Source: Phoronis australis
Taxonomy: Eukaryota > Animalia > Phoronida
DNA length: 58,417 nt
NCBI GenBank assembly: GCA_002633005.1
Contig: NMRA01000444.1
Span: forward strand, 1 to 58,417
Direction of reading: 5' to 3'
The position numbers were made by a program, and so were the translations under genes. The notes under the pieces were generated by a model, which had not been told where the DNA came from, made no database searches, and saw only the letters and a program-made list of their open reading frames with translations. Positions 52,146 through 58,417 of this stretch are shown one piece after another (positions within the stretch are counted from its first letter, which is position 1; each line of letters opens with the position of its first letter).

Positions 52146-55100
52146 TTAATCGAGTGGGGTTTTGCTTTGCAGGGCGCTAACATGCGATCCCAGGGTCGCA
52201 CATTCTAGGGGCTACTCAAATCAGGAAATCACAAATGTCGGCGCTTGTGCACATATGAAATATCAAAATAATAAGTGAGAACCCACAACATTGGTATATT
52301 TAGATGGCGCTGTCTGCTACTTGACGTGGTCACTGCCTCAAGATTTGAATCATGTTTCTTTGTTGCAAAAGCACAACACATTGTAAGTCGTCTTACAGTT
52401 TGTGTGACATGTTTGCTTAATCCTTGTCCGTTGGGTAGACTACATGTACTTTTGAATGTCCTTTTACATCTGCGCATGAAGCGCCGTTGAAGGTCTAAGT
52501 GTGTTTGAAAGGGACATTTGAGATTCGATTTCTTCGGCTATGCATTACCATAATGATGAGGTGCAAAATCATATGAATTGATCAAATAAACGCACTAAAT
52601 AGAAGACGATGTTGAAAACTGAAAGCAAGTTTGAAATTGTAAAGACCCACGGATTGACTTTAGATTAGGTCTACTTGAAATCTGTCTACTTAATTGAATT
52701 CAATTAAAATATCGGCAAACAACTCACATACATGTACGTGTACGTGTATAGTTAGTTTCACCAAAACTTCTCATTAAAGAATTGCAAAGTTTAGTGTGGT
52801 TTAAAGTAACGATGGGCGTCAGGGAAGAAAATAACGACATATTAAGGCTTGTCATGTTTTGATGTATGCAACAACATCATTAGAAATAAAAAGAGGCTAC
52901 CTCATAACGCCATCATAATAATTAAGAGGACACATAAGGCCACAACAGGGTGAGAGTGACCTATGTACAGTGTCGTTGTAGGCTTAAGAGACCAACTACT
53001 GCCCAACATCATAGTGAGACATCAGTGATTGTAATTCACCAGCCTGTTGAGTACATGTATTGGCAACCTGCTGCGAGCCGATTTTGTGTATAAACAGACC
53101 TTGATCAATTGCTGTGTATTGATCTCGTACATACTTCTATGTCCGCGTTTTCCCTTTGATCCCAACTTGTTCGATTCTATTCGTCAACAGTAAGGTGGGA
53201 AGATGATCCTGTAGCCAACATTTGACACAACTGTTTAACTCCAATCTACCATTCATTGTTTGAGGACCAGTTCTAATCTCCAATAAGATCCTATCAATAC
53301 CGTGACTGAGCTGGGTTGTTAAAACAACGTTAAATTACAACATACTTGAACATAAACCAATTGTATTTCTGAATTTATTGTCAAATTCTTATCATGTTTA
53401 GTTTTTGTGTCGCCAAAATCGCCCTACTACATCCGTTTTCGAACGTACCAATTCCCTCCGGGTTTGACGGTGTTCTCAAGGTGGTTTGTAATAAACCTTG
53501 TAGATAATTGGTCTGCCTGTTGTCATACCAGATAAAAGACTGTCCGTGGCAGTTAACAGAGGAGCTAGATGTTTGCACAGGCTCACAACCCTCTACGTCT
53601 GGTAAAGTCACTGAACGGGAGAACGCCGTGATGTCCTTAGCTGTTGCTTCAGCCTGATCAACGATATTGAAAGATTTGCTGAGTGTCCATTCAAAATTAC
53701 AGTGAATCCATGTTCATTAATGTGAGATATGTTGTTAGTACCAAACTCATAAGTACTTGGCGGTAATGAAGTATATCTTAGAAACATAACCCCAAAAGTC
53801 CCATTTAGCGTAACGCCAGTCATTCTAACCCCTGGTCTATTCTCCTGTACAGAAGAGTCCACACGCCCATGCGGTCAAAGCTGCGATATTGGCAACAAGC
53901 GAGGATTAGTAACATTGATTGATTGTTGGTCATAGGGGGAATGAAATTTATATCGGCTAAAAATACACTAATGTTACGAGTCGGTAGGCCAGAGAGCACA
54001 AAAATTTTAATTTGTCAAAAACAACGCGGTCAGCACACTAGGAGGTCCTCTAGGTAAAGGTTCATTTATGCATTTTTCTTCTTCGACGCTACAATGTTTA
54101 CACAAAGCCATATGACGTCAATGGATTTTTACAAAGACGAATCGAAACCTGGAAAAACTGCGGTCACGTCGCTAACCTTGGCACAGAACCTAAGATTTAC
54201 TTTGATAGAAGATGGCTACGTCTCGTTACCTCCTAAGTGCAGAAGAAAAAGAGAAGGGAGATACAGTCCATTTTTTCATTATAGTGTCTAGGCCTTTGCA
54301 ACTCCGTATGTCGCTGCTTTCGTGCATAAATACCTACATTACAACTGGCCTCTGTTAATCTATAAATCTGTACTTCCTTTACCAATCAGAATATCGAAAC
54401 CACCAATGACCCTAGACAACGCTTCAGGTTGTGGTGTAGGAAGTTGACACGAAAGGGTACATCGCCTTCTCAATTTCCCCAGCCTTAACGTAGCTTAGCA
54501 CAGAGACGCATTATATGTATCAATTAGGTTGTCGCTTCAGAACTGAGAAAAAGCGACAAAGATGACAAATCGAGTTTACATAGCAATGACGATAGTTTGG
54601 ACTGTGTGTCTCAATTTTGTCTTCTCCTCGAACCAAATACATAATAAGGTTGTATTGGTCAGTTGAGATCACCTGCAGCAGAATACACCCGTGCACCAAG
54701 CAAGGTGCCATGCGTGTTGTACTTTAAACCAAAATTAGAGACTGTTTTAATTTGCTCATTTCAAAACTGTTTAACACACGCACATACATGTTTTTAGGCT
54801 GTAGTGATGAGGGTACATGAAAATTTGAGAAACAGTATTGGTGGAGGGAATTAGGTCCGGATATATGTTACACTGAGGTGTCCGTCTGTAAAAACGTGTG
54901 TAGATATTAACGACGTACAGTGCTGATCGAATCCAGCTTCCCGTTGAACGCACTTCAGCCTTAGTCAGGCCTCGGGTGACCTTCAACCGGAGTGAGGTCA
55001 GGCTTCGCCCGGACGCGTTCTGAACTCGGTTGGGTTGTGAGTCATTAAATGTCCGGGGGGTTACCCCTGCATATGCTACCACTGACCGCTGAACCTGCAC

Positions 55101-55794
55101 TCATGGCTTGATTTCCTCGCAGGTTTTTGTCAAGGTTGTGCTTTTGTGTCGAATGTGTTTCTTAATTACATTGAGTGCTAGGATTTTCGGGGGAGGAATT
55201 AAATTAGACTTGGCATTTGACAAGGGGAACGGTCGCAAAATTGATGGCGAAAGGTTGAAGGACAGACTGCGAGTGGCATGACTACGGCACCGTACAATTC
55301 GTAATGGCGAAGGGGGAGGAAAAGACTGCAAGTGGTATGAATGCCGCGTGATTCTCTTCGGAGTTCGTGGTATCAATATTAGCTGTGCGGATTTCATTCG
55401 ATCTAGTGGTGTAGAGGTGATAGTTATTAAACATATTGTTGACGAGCGACAAATAAATCACGTCTTGACGCTACTGAATGGAAGTGACTCAGAATCTTTT
55501 AAAAACTGGAGTATCCCCACAATTTTACAATGCAGTACGTGACCCCTTGCAGTAGTCCATGGGGCCATTGATGAATTATGCCTCGTTTATAGCTTACTGT
55601 TTTGTGTTCATTTTGCCTTTTGACACCATATTAAAGTTGTAGACTACCCCGGGTTACACAACAACTGCTTATCAGATTTCGCCGTATAAGTTACAACTAG
55701 TGAAAGGGCCATCAATACGCGGCCGCGTTGTGATTTTATTTTTACGTACGCACAATGGCGAATTTCAATATGGCGTCGCTGCAAATCCGCTATT

Positions 55795-57307
55795 AGCGGA
55801 TTTGCAGCGACGCCATATTGAAATTAGGTTAAAATGGTGCATTGTGGGTGCTGTGGTCAGGATTCCAAAAGCGGCCATAGTGACAAGCATAATACGCGGT
55901 ATGAGCGCGAAGAAAACTTACGGCGGATACACTTGTGTTCCTGGTAACAAGACAGATAAAAATATGAGTTTTTATGTGTTCCCTGCAAACCAAGAACTTC
56001 GTGAAAAATGGATAAACAACATTAGGAGAGCTGGGAGTAAGGGAAGATTTAGCGCATTCAAACCAACGCAGGGCTATCTAGTAGGCAGCACGTAGCCCCT
56101 CGGTTGGCCATATAGGGGCTACAATACTCCAATTCGCTTTCTGTACTCATTTCGTTACTTCAGTGTATTTTAAACGGGCCGCGACCGGATTTGGGTTACC
56201 GATTTCGAGTTTTCACCTCGTCAAAAATACATTCTACACTTAACTCATTTAAAAAAACGCTTACTTTCATCATTGGTCCTTTCTACTTCTATACATATCT
56301 TTGAAGACTAGTTGTGAGAATTAAGTTGACTTTGGCGAAGAATTACAACTCCACTTTTTTGGTTGCCGTTAATTTTATCACCGCGTGAGCCGCGATAACC
56401 ACAAAGCATGTCAACTGAATCGGGTGAGTTAAGCAAAGGTTAGCGCGAGACTGAGCGAAGCGCGTGACGCTAGCGTGTGACGCTAGCACGTGACGCTAGC
56501 GCGCGACACTTGTAAAATAGCATGAGAAGGTATCGGGTGAAACTTGTAAGATGTGTGTCCCTTGGACTTTTTATTCGTCAACATGCGTAATTTCACTAAC
56601 TTCCTCAAAATGGTACCCGGTAACTGAGAGAAACTCGAGCAAACCGCGACAGATTTTCATCGATTTGTTCAAGTTTTTCTGACTAAATTGTATCCAGAGT
56701 CGTGGCATGTGTTAATTTTAACTCCGTGTTCCTACATGTATGGTTCATTTGATTTTATTTGCTGTATTTTGAAATGAGTAACTTTTTGAGGATGTACATG
56801 TACTATCGCCCCTGAATGCCTGCGCCATCCCCTGCGATGTAATTGCCTAGGGGCCATCGTGTGTGCAGCGAACATTTTCCTGGTGGAAAAAAGACGTATG
56901 AGAACAACATTCCGACGGAGTTTCCTCTTAAAATTAACGCCTCCAGCATATCCACCGCGAAAGCTACAAAAGTTAAGCAACCCAAGAACTCTCAACTTGT
57001 CTGAAACCGGAGGAGATTTCGAAATCAACGCCGATAGCCCCAATACTGAACGTCATGATGACAGTTGTGCCCTCGGTCACACGGTCACTGATCGTAGCTA
57101 TGCTGTGTTTACAAACGAGAGAGAGGACTTGCTTGGTAGTATAAAGCAAAAAAATGAAACATGGGTTTTAGTTTGCAAATCACTCCAAATGCACACACTA
57201 TCCAGCCTGCTCAAGACATGCCTGACCACAAGCTATCCCATGAGCCTTCGCGCAGGAAGTAACTCGCACCTGCGCAATGCGTAGTTCGTTTGCGCTGCAA
57301 ATCCGCT
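55795..57307 (+). mobile_element. Harbinger/ISL2EU-type internally deleted transposon with a split THAP ORF
   Basis: 15-bp perfect TIR AGCGGATTTGCAGCG, 3-bp TSD ATT. THAP relic CVPG..SFYVFP..LREKWINNIRR (55901-56074) continues as GHRVCSEHF..IPTEFP after 56851. Confidence 0.85.
56075..56850. mobile_element. About 0.78-kb insertion interrupting the THAP ORF
   Basis: GGGC on both sides, TAGGCA/TGCCTA near the ends, core homologous to 24159-24830, 13-bp minisatellite at 56460-56505. Confidence 0.75.
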
Positions 57308-57696
57308 ATTGGTGGTTCAGCAATGAGACCTGAGGCAATCTTCGCACAAAGGAGCTAAGCCAACGCGATCAATACAGGCCGTGACTGGTCCATGTGATCT
57401 GAAAGAATGTCTCCCTCTTGCTTTCCTTAGCGGCTATACTGAACGATCGTGTTTTGTGTTGGGTCTAGCACGAGTTAGGTGCAATACAGCCACTGACGAA
57501 ATATACTAATAATTTCACGTACGCTGGTCGAAACACAAAAAAACTGTTTTAATTAGATGAGAAGCCTTGTCTTACCACAAAAAATGGTTCGTTCGTTAGT
57601 TACTGATATAGTTTCGTGCTGGCAATAATACAAGTACCGGCCATTGAGATGTGTCGAAAAATATTATAACCGAGGTTCATAGCGGACTTGTTATAA

Positions 57697-57815
57697 CAGT
57701 GGCGGATCTAGGATATCGCGAGCCCCCCTCCCGCTCAGGAAATTTTCTGTTTTTACCTCTAAAAATCAAGCATTTTCCTTGATTCCTGAAGTATTAACCA
57801 AGAAAAAAAAATCAC
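57697..57815. mobile_element. Truncated copy of the gap-spanning hAT-like element
   Basis: Reverse complement of 39562-39780 with internal deletions. Confidence 0.8.
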
Positions 57816-57849
57816 GGAGAACGTGTCAAACAGGAAAAACTGAACGTAC

Positions 57850-57910
57850 TAAAGACTCGAACTCACGACCTAGCGGATAGCGAGCTCGTGCGTTACCACT
57901 ACACCACCAC
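57850..57910 (-). mobile_element. tRNA-derived SINE head / pseudo-tRNA
   Basis: Minus-strand A-box TGGTGTAGTGG and B-box GTTCGAGTC at tRNA-like spacing; no full cloverleaf. Confidence 0.6.
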
Positions 57911-58417
57911 GATTTAACTGCTACTATCATACTAAAAGACCTACTTGTTTATGGTCCACAGCGGTTGCGCGCGAAACCTACTTCTTTTCGTAATGCTTAT
58001 TACATGTTTTATATTTTGTGCCATCAATTCTTAACAAATTTGTCGTATTTAAAATAGTCTTCAAATGCCCAATAGACCAAATCCGTTTTTCGTGTTGGCA
58101 ATAATGACGGGTTGCTTTCGAAATCGTCTTAAGATAAGGTTTGACAAAGAGAGTATTGCGAGTTTCTGAGTGATTCACTACGGCTTCGATTCAAATTCAC
58201 ATCTTACCAGCAGCTTGTGTTTTTTCATCGTCACTCAGGTTCCATTCTCTTTAAAAAATGAAGTAAAATTTCTTCATCGCACAGTGGAGCAGACGACGAA
58301 AACGGAGTCGTAGTGCGCAGCGCCACTGCCGGTCGCCTGGGATATCGCGGGAGAGCCAAAACTTAGCCATAGTTCCGTTACGAATGCGCCGTGTTCCGAA
58401 TTTGACACTTGAAATTG

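Noticed and set aside
52900-53870. Minus-strand coding-like fragments (AYNDTVHRSL integrase-like motif; possible GIY-YIG)
   Set aside because: Single short motifs among stops with no supporting catalytic residues; family cannot be assigned
57850-57910. Functional tRNA gene
   Set aside because: Only A/B boxes; no acceptor stem or complete cloverleaf
1-58417. CRISPR array or prokaryotic operon/defence system
   Set aside because: Spliceosomal introns, low coding density and eukaryotic transposons; no regularly spaced repeat-spacer array

Overview
AT-rich, intron-rich eukaryotic (animal, probably marine invertebrate) genomic DNA; most ORFs in the supplied track are spurious. The main content is a 5'-truncated, + strand multi-exon gene (about 907-33928). 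I reconstructed it by hand from GT-AG boundaries with consistent phases: at least 5 ankyrin repeats plus a C-cap (one repeat per phase-0 exon), a linker, one large exon with a ZU5-like and a possible UPA-like domain, and a death effector domain (DED) split over two exons. This ANK-ZU5-(UPA)-DED architecture resembles ankyrin/PIDD/UNC5 but has a DED instead of a death domain. The ankyrin array shows recent exon+intron duplication, decayed pseudo-exons and non-synonymous changes concentrated at predicted ligand-binding positions, suggesting a diversifying innate-immune or cell-death sensor (inference). Introns and the downstream region hold many transposon relics. These include a THAP-bearing element with CACGGTG termini and a 6-bp TSD, two Kolobok-like TTAA elements bracketing a DED exon, Harbinger-type elements, 5-bp-TSD hAT-like MITEs, an L1/Tx1 relic and a tRNA-derived SINE head. 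There is also a probable decayed minus-strand gene (about 36.8-44.2 kb) and a 753-N assembly gap.
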